Positions 1 to 14,360 of a stretch of DNA of 64,000 nucleotides are shown one piece after another. The translations under genes were made by a program, and so were the position numbers. The notes under the pieces were generated by a model, which saw only the letters and a program-made list of their open reading frames with translations, had not been told where the DNA came from and did no database searches. This stretch comes from Lingula anatina (taxonomy: Eukaryota; Animalia; Brachiopoda), in assembly GCA_051362555.1 (NCBI GenBank), contig CM120644.1:19304534-19368533 (forward strand). The letters run 5' to 3'. Every line of letters starts with the position of its first letter. The first letter of the stretch is position 1.

Positions 1-324
1 CTAATGGGAGACAATCAAAATTTGAGGATGAATCAATAAAGATAATTTTGAAGACTAAATAGCTCTGCATCCGCCCCTGGATTTTATATCAATGCTAAGT
101 TTATATATGATATCAATTATTACCTATGATCAGACATGAAATTTTGATCAACAGATTTTTGTAGCTAAAAAAGCTAGTTTTTGAGATTTGTTTTATTTTT
201 CTGAAACGGAAGGTTCAACCCCCCTGACCCCCCCCCCCAAATCTGCCACTGGGTTAGCTTGTTTTCTTAACTACTGAATTTTTCATCTTTTGACATTTTG
301 ATTCATTGACATATATGTTTATTA

Positions 325-373
<49 letters not shown>

Positions 374-1707
374 CTAAAATTTCTTTTGATGACTACAGTT
401 AAGCATTACTTGTGGTTCACTTGTCTGGAACAGCGCAAAAGCACTGATAAAAATTACAAACAGGCTCAAAATACGGATACCATTGTATTTGTTTGTGTTG
501 GATAATACTACTTACTTGATTTGTGGTCAAAATATTTACATGTAAATCGCTATGAGAAAATCCAAAAATATTTGTAACCAGTTTCAGTCAATTAATGTTC
601 ACTTGTTGCTTGCTCAGTTACATACTAACGATATGTGGGGAATCAAACCAAGACAATGGCTTCATGAATTTATTGTCTTATACAAATAAGCTTGTTGATT
701 ATTCTGATTTTAATCAGAATAATCAACAAGCTTACTTTACCTCTTTACGGACTACATGTACAATAAAAAGTTATCATGTGAAGTTACAGAAATTGCCTGT
801 GAATTATTAAATGTCTCTGACCCACTGATACAGAATGTTAGGTGGAATTGTGTTCAGTTGATAAATTAAAATATTGAAATTGTGCTGACACAGTAGTGAC
901 TTGTTGATGGCTGGTCAGAAAACCTGGGAACAGTAATAAAACATTGACTTCTTTTAGACAGAGCATATAGTATTACATCTACAGGGATAATTCCTGTTTT
1001 TTTTTTCATTTTACTTTCTTTTTTGACATTTTAAACTCTCAATATCTGACTTGCCTATCTGTCATTGAATCTATTTTTTTGAAGTCTGTAATAAGTACCG
1101 TCTTCTATGTCTTGTTTTATCAAATATTCATTTGGAGTTTGATATTTTGTTGAATAAACAAAAAAATGTTTCTTTTACAACTCTTTATTCTCTCTAAATC
1201 ATAGGATATATAAATTTCATACATTAAAAATGAAATAATTTAAATTCTTTTCATCTTGTAAATGTAAATTCTTTGAAAATGTGACACTATTTCTCGTTCT
1301 GTTTTCAACAATAAAGATAGAAGAGAGGGATTTTCTAGCATAATATCATGTATTTGACTAAGTACAGTTCTTTTATTATAGATGATCTATCATAGATAAT
1401 GTGTCTGATCATGGAAGATAATGGTTGGAACCTACACAGTATAAAAGTGATAATTATTGATAAATTGAAGCAGTTACATTTGATTGTTCTTAAGATGTCC
1501 AAAAATAGCAAAGTTATAAGGTAAGAGTTTGTTTTCTGTTTCTGTCATCTGAATATATCGCTGAGAGCTGTAGAAAGGATTTTTTATGATTGTTGTGATG
1601 ACACCTGGCGTGGTCCTTTTTATGCCAGTAAGTATTTCATAGACATCATTGTCAGTAATAATGGTGATGTTCTCTTATTCATATGTATGATGGGTTATGG
1701 CATAAGT

Positions 1708-1932
1708 GGTCATGTCGATACCCCCTGCACCGATAATCCCCTTAGTAATTTTTGGTATTATGCACATCGTTACGACCCCACACCGATAGATCCCCGCACC
1801 GATACTCCCCCGCACCGATACTTACCCACACCGATACTGCCCCTCAGTATATCTGTAATTGTGAGGGAGTATCGGTGAGGAGAAGTATTGGTGCAGGGAT
1901 GTACCGGTGCATGGGAGGATCGACATGTAACC
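1708..1932. mobile_element. MITE with imperfect TIRs and internal ccccgcaccgata repeats
   Basis: Left end catgtcgataccccctgcaccg is the inverse of right end cggtgcatgggaggatcgacatg. Absent from the paralogous position in copy 2. Confidence 0.6.
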
Positions 1933-1968
1933 TGGCATAATTTCCACATTACTTATTTCATCCGTCTC

Positions 1969-2418
1969 CATGAATTCTTTCATGCACAGTGCAATGGCCT
2001 TTTTGAGTAAAAGTTTTGTCACAGAATCTACATTTAAAAGGTTTCTCTCCTGTGTGAATTCTCTCATGATATGTGCAAGAAGTTTTGTCTTTAAAAGTTT
2101 TGTCACAGAATCTGCACTTGTAAGGTTTATCTCCACTGTGAATTCTTTCATGCTCAGTGCAATGGCCTTTTTGAGTAAAAGTTTTGTCACAGAATCTACA
2201 TTTAAAAGGTTTCTCTCCTGTGTGAATTCTCTCATATGTGCAAGAAGTTTTGTCTTTAAAAGTTTTGTCACAGAATCTGCACTTGTAAGGTTTATCTCCA
2301 CTGTGAATTCTTTCATGCTCAGTGCAATGGCCTTTTTGAGTAAAAGTTTTGTCACAGAATCTGCACTTGTAAGGTTTCTCTCCTGTGTGAATTCTTTCAT
2401 GATATATGCAATTTTTTG
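1969..2418 (-). pseudogene. C2H2 zinc-finger array remnant (about 5 fingers)
   Basis: Minus strand reads [41 protein letters not shown] with 84-bp periodicity. No start codon in that frame. Truncated on both sides relative to 51674-54125. Confidence 0.85.
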
Positions 2419-3142
2419 TACATGATGTGAAAAGTCATTCAATTAATTCAATTTGTGAAACCCCAGCTGTTTCAAAAGGGGGGTTCTTTTTCTGAAAAAA
2501 TGGACCTTGTACCATGCATTCTTCGTGTACTAAAATAAAATTTTACTCAGGTGTAACATTTTCTCAGCAAAAAGGGACCCCCACACCCCCTGGCTACTGG
2601 GCATGTTCAGGTTAAGAAATTTATAATAATTTTATTTCAGTTATAGGTATTAAAACTTTTTCATTAACTCCACCATGTTACTTTCAAAAAGGAGCAAGAA
2701 TAGACTTTTTTAATGTGAGTGCATTTAGAAATTTTTTTTACTGTTAGGTGACTGAATTTTTGTCAGCTTTTCTGTTTCAAACATAATTTATTCCTTTCAA
2801 CTAATGATAATGTTAACATTTGTCTTTCAGGTGAGTGTACCAATAGGCCATGGACACACTTGTTGAAAATTGCTGTAATATCAGTGAACCATCAAACCAG
2901 TAAGACAGAGATGGAAATACACCTACAAGTTACCCCAGATATGTACTAGTACATGTACGTTATGTTGTTTATCTTTCTTAGGGATGTAGTCATTGAATTT
3001 GCTACGTAATGGTATGTCTAAAAGTTCAGGTATTAAGGGCTATCTCTATCTCTCATTACATTAAATAATATTATACAGTGTTTGGAAACCAATCAAACAA
3101 TAATATTTGTAACAATGAAAAATCTTTACTTCTTTTATACTT

Positions 3143-5798
3143 GGACCTAAATAGGAAAGGACATGAAACGCGGCATCTTCCTTTGAAGCTATGTGCGTTC
3201 GGGTAAACATTCGCCCATTGTCTCAGATAAGCTGTTTTGATAGCTCCACGGTAGCCTGAACGACTTTTTATCAAGGTAGCGCGTGCTGTGCCTCATTGAA
3301 ATTCTTTTGTTCTATTGCATGGATAACGCAATTTCTCGCGGTCCCTCATGGTTGCTATGATACAGCATTGCCTCTGTCTTGCAGTTGCTAGCACATAGAC
3401 TTGCGCCAACACGTGGAAATTTGTTTCGGATTTTCAGTATCTTTTCTTGTTACCTCATTAAAACGGGCTCTGGCCTTTGTCTATACTTGTTATCGTTCCC
3501 AAGATTGTATTGATATATGTCGAGCTGATATATAACTTGTTTAAAAGCATGATGACTAATAAAGCCAGGTAGGTGCCATCCAAATGCATCTGATAACAAG
3601 ATAATGCAATGTAGCAAGCCAATTACAGAGGTGAGACTTTAATCACAAATAAGATCGCGATCCACTTTTATGACCATTACCTAAGTAAATATAATCATGA
3701 AGTTTGCATGTGTACATGTCCACATTTATACTTTAATTAAAAGACCAGTGAGGGTGTTTGTCCATCGTCTCTATGCTGTTTAGGGACTCCAATTTAAAAA
3801 TGAAAAACTATTAATTATCATTCTCAAACTGGAGCAGACCATGTAACATGAAAATCTGACTCCCATGAAAATGTGACTCCCCAGTCAGATTTTCATTATG
3901 AAAATGTGACTCCCCAGTCAGATTTTCATAATGAAAATGTGACTCCCCCCATGAAAATTTGACTCCCCCTCCACAAAACTTCATACATCTTATTTTATTT
4001 GAGTATATGACTGTGATCTTGTAGTATGTAAAATGGATGATACGTTGGCACAATTTTTGTAGTTTGCAGTGAAAATTTTAATGAAAAAATAAGAAAATTA
4101 AAAATGAGCACATAATGAAAATCTGACTCCCCCATGAAAATTTGACTCCCCCTCCACAAAACTTTATAAATCTATTTTATTTTGGGCATATGTCTGTGAT
4201 CTTGTAGTATGTAAAATGGAGGATACATTGGCACATTTTTTGTAGTTTGCAGTGAAAATTTTAATGAAAAAATGAGAAAATTAAAAATATGCACATAATG
4301 AAAATCTGACTCCCCCATGAAAATTTGACTCCCCCGCCACAAAACTTCATAAATCTTATTTTATTTTGAGTATATGACTGTGATCCTGTAGCATGTAAAA
4401 TGGTTGATACATTGGCACATTTTTTGTAGATTGCAGTGAAAATTTTAATAAAAAAATGAGAAAATTAAAAATGTGCACATAATGAAAATCTGACTCCCCC
4501 GTGAACATTTGACTCCCCCATCATAAAACTTCATAAACCTTATTTTATTTTGGGTATATGTCTCTGATCTTGTAGTAAGTAAAATAGTCGATACATTGGC
4601 ACATTTTTTGTAGTTTGCAGTGGAAATTTTAATGAAAAAATAAGAAAATTAAACATTTGCACATAATGAAAATCTGACTCCCCCATGAAAATTTGACTCC
4701 CCCTCCACAAAACTTCATAAAACTTATTTTATTTTGAGTATATGTCTGTGATCTTGTAGTATGTAAAATGGTTGATACATTGGCACATCTTTGTTAAGAT
4801 GAGTTTTAAATATCATAAACAGGCTGAAAATGTTGATGCCTGTTGTCTATATAGATTACTCCACTTTTCTTTGACTTGTCTGACAACTTAGGTAGTGGAC
4901 TATACTTCAACCACTTATAAATTTGTTTACCCTGTTTGTCTTGCAAAAACCTCAATTTCGGAGGTTATGATGGGGGAGTCAAATTTTCATGGGGGAGTCA
5001 GATTTTCATTATGTGCACATTTTTAATTTTCTCATTTTTTTATTAAAATTTTCACTGCAAACTACAAAAAATGTGCCAATGTATCAACCATGCATGTGTG
5101 TTGCCCTATTGCAACGAGAGCCCATATTGAAAGTTAAAAATATTAATTATCATTACATAATTCGGGCTCACATGAGCAAGTAACATAAACCTATACATAT
5201 AGTACACAGCAGTGTAAATGCCACCTTTATCTAAACGGTACGTAAAAAATACCAGACCTAAAACGATGTCAACGAGTTGAATAAATTGGAGAGGAATTGC
5301 GTCATTTTAATTCAAGACACGATTGAAGGTTTCATTATTGCTGGGTCTCAGGCTAATTTCTCACATAGAGAGAAAAGTTTGACACTAGAAATATTTTCCA
5401 ATCGGATCATAGCTGAAAACAAGTATACTACACTACAATTGTACAATTTTGAATGCTCATTTTAGGCAACAAACAAGATTGCCTTTACCACATAGGGCAT
5501 TTTGAATTCCTCCATGAACAAACATATCAAATTCTCACATAGTTTCCAAATTGACAGAACAAATTGTACTTATACTTAATCTCTATAAGTTTATTGTCCC
5601 ATCCACCCGAAGGATTGACTCACGATATCGCAAACTACCTGCCCAAATGACACAAAAAGTCATCGACAACTGCGATATGCTCGCTACCTGTACGGGAGGG
5701 TACGTGATCTGAACGCACATGGTTTCGCGAAGAGCTCACGTTAAGCCGATTATCCTTTGATCTAGCTCAGCATTTCATGTCCTTCTCTTATTATGTCC
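3143..5798. mobile_element. Putative degenerate DNA transposon with imperfect TIRs, containing a nested satellite element
   Basis: ggacctaaataggaaaggacatgaaa at 3143 resembles the reverse complement of 5773-5798 (ggacataataagagaaggacatgaaa). The interval is missing from copy 2. Confidence 0.4.
3842..5090. mobile_element. Truncated copy of the Ginger-like fold-back element with ~184-bp tandem units
   Basis: Starts tgtaacatgaaaatctgactcccatg, identical to 27076. The motif aatgaaaatctgactccccc recurs at 4114, 4297, 4481 and 4665. An inverted partial unit lies at 4970-5090. Confidence 0.75.
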
Positions 5799-6412
5799 AT
5801 GTTTTATAGATGGACCTGTTGAGATAAAATTTTCTGATTTCTTCAAAGAATTTTACAACTTTTGAGTTATAATTCTTGATGAGTTGCCATTGAATCATTT
5901 TCTTTGAAATTATTTGTTAAATGTCTGAACATGTTACAGGCATTGAATGTTTCTGTGTGTTTTGATCACTGTTTTCAATGCTATCTTTGTGCAACACAGC
6001 TGTTGTCTACCTTATAACTGCTTATTTAAAATAATATTTTTGTTCAACTTTACTTACAAATTTTGTCTTGTTTGTCTAAAAATAGAAGTAGATTAATGTT
6101 CTTTTTTTCCCTGACCATATCCGTCATTACGAATCCTTAAGTAAATTTTGCTTAGCGAATATTACTAGTGTTAAATGAACTTTTGTGTCCAGTTGATAAT
6201 CCCTAAAATATTAAAAGACATAGAAGATTGTACTAATGATCAGAAAAGCAAAAGAGTAAAAAACATTTGTTTCTTTTACCTGTTGTTAAAGGGAACACTT
6301 TGATTGCTTTTAGAATTTTTAAAACTCTTTTGCTAATGTTGTTGAAATTTTGGTTACTGTTTGTGGTCTGTATATTTGCAAGTTTTGATGTTGAGTTGTT
6401 TTTTTCCTTCAG

Positions 6413-6775
6413 AATTTTGGCTCATTTCTTGTGGAAGTAGTAACCAAGGACCAGACATTGTCGGTGGTTGCTGAGACTCTAGACACCATCTTTGATGTGA
6501 TTGCCAGGGGCGGATCCAGAGCTATTTTCTGACAGTCTTCCAATTTATCTTTATTGATCCATCCTCCATTTTTGACCGTCTTCCGACAGAAAAAATTAGA
6601 TACCCGTCAACGTAAACTTGAAAATCTGACCGTCTTCCGGAAGACCCAGAAGACGCCCTAAATCCGCCTCTGATTGCAGACGATCATGTGGATCTGTTGT
6701 CATGGAGATCAGGGTAACAAACAAACTCCAGACCTTATGGTACCACAGCTGAGGTAAAACTACTCCCTGTGAGAT

Positions 6776-6810
<35 letters not shown>

Positions 6811-7107
6811 TTAAAACAGTTAAAGACATATCAGGGCGGTTGTAGTATCTGTGGACAATATGAAAAAGCATCATGTTTTCTTAATAAAATGATTCCTGGT
6901 ATTTAATATTTAAATATTTTCTTTCACAGTGTAATGATAATCTTTTTACTTAGAAACATATTAATGAACTAAAGCCATGGATATCTTCTTAAGAAATATT
7001 GTGAAAAAATTCCAGATTATCAACAGAAGAGAAGCCTAGGAGACCACTTTACTATCAGCATGACAGCAAGGACAAATCTGATGTACTTCATCAAATGCAA
7101 ATCTTGA
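6413..7107 (+). pseudogene. HEATR3: HEATR3-like 3' exon remnants, copy 1, interrupted by a MITE
   Basis: Paralog of 55553-56050 with acceptors ttccttcag (6412) and ttccag (7016). Frameshifted and split by the 6505-6672 insertion. Confidence 0.6.
6505..6672 (+). mobile_element. 168-bp MITE, CAGGGGCGGAT TIRs, 5-bp TSD attgc
   Basis: attgc|caggggcggat...atccgcctctg|attgc. The empty site is in copy 2 near 55640, and a near-identical copy is at 39343-39510. Confidence 0.9.
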
Positions 7108-8282
7108 CCAGTAGATTAACTTGGACATGTTTTTCTTCTTCAAAATGGCTTAAAACTCAGCAGTAATGTGGATCAGAGAAATAATTAGAGTGTACCACTT
7201 TCAAGTTCCATAGTTTTCTGATGTTAAGTCAGTTTTATATCAGGCAACATTGATATTTCGTATTAATATTTTATCATTCTTTTTTTCACAACTTTTATGA
7301 TAGTCCCGTCGGAAGACTCATGTATTATCACAAGAGTCTGATGTAAAACTTGTCTTTGTTCTAAGTCTTTTCTTTCAAAATTAAATATCAAAATGTGTGG
7401 GGCTGTATTTTTTGTTTAAACTTTGACCCACTTACTGAGACAATCAAGTGATTAAATTTCTATTCTGGTTGCTCACAAACAATATGATTTTTTTTTTTTT
7501 TTTGAGATATTGTGGTTTTTGTGAAGCTTTAGTTGTTATATTATTGTCTACACCACATTGAATTGGTTTGATTTGATTAAACTTTGTTTAACACTCACAT
7601 AATCTATAAATTACACTGTTTTAAATGGGTGTAGATGTTAATAAGAATATTTTTGGTGAAGCTGAAGATATAAAAGTCACAAAATTGTTGCTTGAAATGT
7701 GGATTATTGGTTTCATTTATATGGAATACATTGTATTATGTAGCAGTGTGATATTCTATAAATTACAATGTTTTAGTTTGGTGTGGATGTTTAAAAGAAT
7801 TAGTTCCTTAATTTTATTTATCTATCCATGGGGGGGGGGGGAGGATATATGGAACCTTTAATGATTCCAATGGCTTTTCATTGTCTTTTCTTGTTGAATT
7901 AAGATGATTTGCGTATATTACTTTTTACAAGGCATTTGCTATAACACGTTAGTTTACTGCAACTTCAGTTTTACCAACAAATGCACATCATAGTTTTGCC
8001 ATGTTCTATATATATCGTCTTAAAGTCATCATAGGTATTTGTAAGTAGCAGAAGCTCAAGATATGTAAATTAAAACGAACCTACAGATTGTCACTTTTGA
8101 TGAAATTTAATCAGAAACTTATTTGGAATAGAGAACATTGACACAAACTTGAAGAAAAGTTTACAAATATTAGGGTGGTATTATTGGGTAGAATGTATTT
8201 AGTCGATAAAAATATTAAAATGTAAATTTATATAAACAATTGTTTTCCTTGTGAGATAAAACTGAAATAAAGCACTAGATAT

Positions 8283-8827
8283 CAGGCCTAACCAACTACC
8301 AGACTCGGCACCTAAGGATCCTGAATTAACCGGTATATCGGACCACACTACCCGTTTTCAAGGTGTGTGTCAGATAGCATTTCGGAGTATCATACCCAAG
8401 AACAAATTTTGTAGGACGACTGCGGGCTCATCCACGCTCGGCTGAACAACCTTAAACTGTACTCTTACTTTAGAGTACTCTATTTCATTATCTCTATGGG
8501 GGTATATGGGGACTTTACGACATTCGGTTTGAATGCTTTAACCACTTTTGATAGGGCTTTTTTGCATTGTATTAGATTAATATGCCAGTCTAAGGTTCAT
8601 CTAGGTGGCTTTCAAATTTATGCACCCGGTTTTTAATATAGCGATTTAATACGACAATCGTTTACTATCCAATCAAGGTGACAGCCGAGCGTGGGCTCAT
8701 CCTGTCGGTGTTCTGACTGATACTCCGAAATGCGATCTGACACACACCTTGAAAACGGGTAGTGTGGTCCGATATACCGGTTAAGTCAGGATCCTTAGGT
8801 GCCGAGTCTGGTAGTTGGTTAGGCCTG
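8283..8827. mobile_element. MITE with ~110-bp near-perfect TIRs, 5-bp TSD gatat
   Basis: gatat|caggcctaaccaactaccagactcggcacc...ggtgccgagtctggtagttggttaggcctg|gatat. Confidence 0.92.
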
Positions 8828-10132
8828 GATATTAAAATATTCATGAACTGGGCTTAAAAGTGGAATTCATATGCTGCAGAGAGAAAATTTATTTAAAAAT
8901 TGTTAACTGCATTTAAAAGTCTGAAGTATTGTTTTTTTCCATTGTCTTTCATGATATATAATTTTATGTTATACAATATACATTATAAAGAAAATACTCA
9001 TCAAATGGATGGGATCCTTTGTGTATTTGGTACTAATTATTTACATATTATTATAACCTAAGCTTATCTGTTTTAATCAAAGATGAACATACTTGAATAT
9101 AAAAGTGAAAGTGTAGTTAAAGTAATTCAGCCCTTTGGAAGGGTATGTGAATGAGTGTTTTTGTATATATCTCAGTATAGTTTATTTCTTAAGTTTAATA
9201 AAAGAAATTTTTAAAAAGAATTTAATTTAAAAATTGGAGATAAACTTGAATCAGAAATCAAATGTTGACGTTTTTCATTTATTGTAGATACAAGTCAAGT
9301 GCTGCCTTCTTAACCCACATTTCAAATGCTTTAAACAAGAATCATTATATTATGCTTTTTAAAACTTTTTAATTAAAAGTTTCCCACTGGGTATTTTTGT
9401 TACCCTTGAAAGCCACTTTTTATTTCCCTGAGATGCATGAAATGTCCATATTTTTTAGCTTGATCTGTGAAGCACCTCATTCCTGTGACTTGTCAATACG
9501 GCATTTTATTCTTTGCCCTTCATGAAACGAAGTATTATACCTAGTGCTTCATGATTTTCGACTAGCATTGTCAGTGAGATATGCATTAAGTTTAGCATAC
9601 TGTGATTTTTTAATTGACTTTATTTCCTGTCAACTGTGATCACCCCTCCCCAATGCTACCCTCAATTAAGAAAAGAAAGAAAAACAAAACACATTTGATT
9701 ACACAAAATTAATATTTTATTGTAAAATTAAGAGAATGTCATTTGAAGTTTTTAACTGGCTGCTACAGAAGCAATAGTTCTGCAATGATGACCCTGAAAA
9801 ATAAGATGAAAATATTAAAATATAATTCAGTTAAAACACATTAGCTGTAAAAAGATGTTGACAGTAACTCTACAACCAGCAGCTCTTGGCTGCTATCATA
9901 TAATTACTGTACAGGTTTTACCAGCTGTTTAACATAGTGTACCTCTTAAAAACTGAAAGTTCACTTAGTTATGATGCCATCAAAATAAAGAAACAAACAA
10001 AAGAACTTCCTTGTGACTGTATAATGAATCTGTTCTTTTTTAAAATGCTGTCAAATTTTTCTCATTCCTAAATATCGGGAGTGATTAGATTTATTTAACA
10101 ACACCAAAATCAATAATAATAATAATAACCAT

Positions 10133-13100
10133 TTATGTTCTTGATCTTCGTCTGAAGCAAGATGTGATAAGATTTAGGAACCTTCTCCACCTAGATGGTT
10201 GACTGTTCTTGGAAGCTGAAATATATGACACATTATTACTTACTAATATGCAATAATGTATAACCTTCAATAAGCAGTCATTGCACCATATTATTTTACG
10301 CTTGCAACTGTACTGAAAAAATTTACAATTAATAATCTCATAATTATTAAGAATAAACAAATTAGACGAGTAAAACTTGAATAAAGGCCATACTGTGTTT
10401 ACTCATCAGTGTAAGTGTGTGTGTGCACAATCACATTCCATCAGTGTAATAAATAAATCTCTATTTTATTGATCCTTCTGTCTTACGGTTGTTGTGTCTT
10501 TGATATTGACTGAAGAAAGACATTAAAAACAAATTAAACATCCCATACATGTGCACAACAAGGATTCGATATGTTATTTAACATAGTCAAAGACACATTG
10601 AAAGATTTAGATAAATGAACAGTGAATATAAACTCAGAGTTTGTGCGTGAAAGTCTCCACCCTAAAGTCCATCTGTATGAGTTTACATTTTTAAGTGTGT
10701 TAAATGAATTCCTGTTGAATTGACCTTACTGTCTTACCTTTATCTTTGATGCCCTCAGCATCTGACACACTCTTTGTATCTTTGATATCAGCTGAAGAAA
10801 AAATAACATCAAATAAAATTCTAACATTCTATATCTGTGCATGTTCAAATAGGATTCAGCATTACAATTTGTTGAGAACATTCAAAGATTTAATTGACTT
10901 TGAAAAATTATATTCTTAAGTATGCTAAATACCGGACTTTGTTGGAGCGACCTGACTGCGGTGTGTGTGTGTGTGTGTGTGTGTGCGTGTGCGTGCGTGT
11001 ATCATAACTATATTAAAAGTCAAAACTATTTTACTGAGATTCCTGTCTTACCTATCTCCTCAATACTAAGGGTCTTAAGAATTGTTACATTGTTCTTGAT
11101 TTTGGTGTCATCTGAAAGAACAGAATTGAATTGAAATTTAAAGATAGCATTATGTGTGTTCAATCTTAACACAGCAAAAGCATTAATTTTAAAGAAGATA
11201 AATTGTCTTTTGAAGTCTGTCAAAGGCCAGACTTTGCTTGTGCAACAAGCGTACAAGTACAGCACTTTTTTGTGTTTGTGTGTGTGTGCGTGTACATGCA
11301 CAATCACATATCATCAGTGTAATAAATAGATACTTATTCTATTGACCCTGCTGTCTTACCTCTCTCCTTCACGTCCTCTGTCACAGTTGTTGTGTCTCTG
11401 ATATCAGCTAAAGAAAAAATGATTTCAAATAAAAACTTAACATTCTATATCTGTGCATGTTCAATTAGGATTCAGTATTACAATTTGTTGAAGACACATT
11501 CAAATATTTAATTGACTTAAAAATAAATAAAATTTCTTAAAAACATTGTGAATAACTCATAGAAATATAATATATTCTGTTTTACCACAAAAACTGCAGT
11601 TATAGCTATTATTCTGATATCTGAGCTTGTCTTTAGACCACGTGATGGCTATACTCTTAAGAGATTTTAACAAAAAAAACAAACTTTTTAGAAAAAAAAC
11701 CAGGGACAAACTTTGAATGTAAAAATGGATTCATTAACCATTGGTAAGTATGGGAAAATTGTTGTTTACTCCAGGAAAATTCATTGTTTAGCCGAAACGA
11801 AGAGTTATTATCCCTTTAAGTATACTACAGACCAGACTTTGCTTGAACAACATGTGTGTAATGAATGTGTGTGTATGTGGGTTTGTTAGTGTATATGTCC
11901 ACACCTGTTTCAGAAGTATATTTAAAAAAATTTTTTTAATTCATAATTATTTTACTGAAATTCTAACCTTACCTAGCTCCTCAATACTTAGGGTCTTAAC
12001 AATTGCTACATTGTTGTCTTCTTTGGTATCACCTGAAAGAACAGAATTAAATTTTAAGGAATACCAAGTGTGTTCAATAATTACACAGCAAGAGCATTAA
12101 TTTTTTCTGAAGATAAAGTATCTTCTTAAGACTGTCGAAGGCCAGACATACTGTGCAACATAGTGTGCATGTACGTGTGTGTGTGTGCATGTGGTAATGT
12201 GTGTGTATGTGTGTGTGCACATGTGCATGTTTCATGTGTGTATTAAAGTCATAATTATTTTACTGAGATTCCAATCTTATCTATCTCTTTAGTGTTAGGA
12301 TTCTTTACAATTCTTACTGTAGGTATCAACTAGCTGAAACATGAGAATTGAATTCAAATGTAAAGAAACACAATACATGTATTTATTTTGTCTAAACTTA
12401 ACACATCAAATACATCATGGCATTGAGTAGAATATAGTAAACCTGGTGATTCTGGATGTTGGAGACAATAGGGGGGGGGGGTTAGTCTGTTTATCTGATC
12501 ATAATCAGTGAGAGTTCCCATGGAGTTAGTGTATATAAGCTAGGTCTTCTAATTCATTGTGAACAGGCCCTGAAGGTCCAGACTTGCACCCTGAGAGTCA
12601 GGGTGTTAATTGTTGTCAATAAAAAAATTTATTCATAAATCCTTGCTAGTAGATTAAAAAATGCACCAAGTTGATTGCTAAATCTGCTGAATTATTGTCT
12701 TGAATAGAGCAATACAATTATATAATGCAATTCACTTACCACTGGTGTGGACTTCAGGCTTGTACATGTAGTTCAACTCTGGAATAAGATGCCACATTTA
12801 TTTGTCATTCACAAATTATGATATAGATTAAAGTATAGTCTAAAATGTATTTGACAGAATTAAAAGACCATTTCATCATTTCATTCCATAGGTTATATTT
12901 CATAGGATTATAAGATCAAGTAATCTGTTTTACCATACATTATACATGACAAAATTAAAAGTTTATTTCACCTTTTATTTCCATTGGTTATATCAAATAG
13001 AATTATAAGATCAAGCACCTTTTATTTCCATGTCCAGTTCTCCCCAAGTACAGGTCACTTCCATGCTGTCCTTTGGTGGTCACCTGGAGGCACCTGTTCC

Positions 13101-14247
13101 TAAAGGGTTCAGGCTCCCATGTCCAGCCAGACCCAGGGTGGTAAGGCTGAATGAATGATGAATAAATAAATAACTTGATAATATGTTAATGTATAAAATG
13201 AAAATGAATACTTAAATAACTTGATAATATGTAAATGTCTAAAATGAAAAATAAAATGTTTATAAATATATACAATAACTGATAAATCAAATACACTAGA
13301 AAAATGAATGAAGGTATAAATAAATACTTTAAAAACATGTTGGATTTTAAATTTTCTTTTTAAATTTCAAAGAAAATCATTTTTACCTTAGATTATCATT
13401 TTTGTAAAAGGAAAAATACTTACATTTTGTGGCTTAATGAATTTCCATTCCATTTTTGAGCCCTTTGGCAGGAAAAACTCTGCCCTTAGAGACGGGACAC
13501 CCATGTTGGTGGTCCTTGACATGTTAATGCCACGCTGGGTGTCCCAGCCTCCAAGGGCAGTTCCCCTGCCCACCACTTTTGCTTTCAACAGATTTTCTGT
13601 CAGAATTATTCTGACATTGGCCTTGGCTGTTCAAAATAAAAAGTAAAATAGAAAGAAATCCTATCAATATATCTTTTTGATATTTTCACTACAAACATTC
13701 AAATTGACCACTTATTTAAAGTAAATAAAGAATGGGGTATCTTACTTTTATTTTACAAAGAAATCAATTAGTTGTTTTAGGCCCACTGTAATGAATTGCC
13801 AACCCATTTATCAAAACACATACAGTCACACACACATACACACACAACTTACAAACACACTGTTCTTTTTTGTTTATTTCAATCTCCATATCAGCTGTCA
13901 TCTGCAATTTTAAAATATATTAAAATATTAAAATGAATTTATTAATATATTAAAATATATTAATAAATGAAATCTTAGTTAAACAAAATACAAATCATAG
14001 ATTTCTGTATCTTCATTTGATAGTTTTGTAAAAAAAAAAAAAAAAAAAAAACATTTGCACCAGTACAAGAATGATCATCAAAACGTTGTGTGAAAAGAAT
14101 TTTTAAAGAATTTCATTAAGAATGTTAATAATCATTTGAAAATCACGAACAACACTATAAAAAGGCGCTATGTGGGCTTACTTTATACTTGATATGGGGT
14201 TTCAGTTTGGAATAAAAAATAAAACTTACCAGTGACTGTGTAGACAT
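10133..14247 (-). pseudogene. CBM20-domain gene, copy 1 (probably disrupted)
   Basis: Same exon series as 58159-61753 (ATG at 14247, TAA at 10133). Exon 13019-13146 is 128 nt versus 127 nt in copy 2 (extra T near 13072), causing a frameshift inside the CBM20 domain. Microexon 10487-10509 is 23 nt versus 48 nt. Confidence 0.75.
11540..11815 (+). mobile_element. Partial Kolobok-like non-autonomous element
   Basis: Matches the 3' part of 26326-26774 and ends ttattatccct|ttaa. Absent from the copy 2 intron. Confidence 0.6.
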
Positions 14248-14299
14248 TGTCTGTTTGCTTTGTTTACAAAACAATAAATAAGAATAATTATTGTATAAA

Positions 14300-14360
14300 G
14301 AAATTTCATTGGACGGCTCCTGTATTGTTTCCATAACTTTCAACCAATCAGATTGGCGCT
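14300..14360. promoter_or_regulatory. Putative bidirectional promoter with CCAAT boxes
   Basis: ccaatc-a-gattgg (inverted CCAAT pair at 14344) and attgg at 14308, just upstream of the minus-strand ATG exon. ccaatc and attgg are retained in copy 2 (about 61814-61855). Confidence 0.4.

Noticed and set aside
1822-2442. 206-aa and 151-aa ORFs as genes
   Set aside because: Alternative-frame and antisense shadows of the periodic zinc-finger array.
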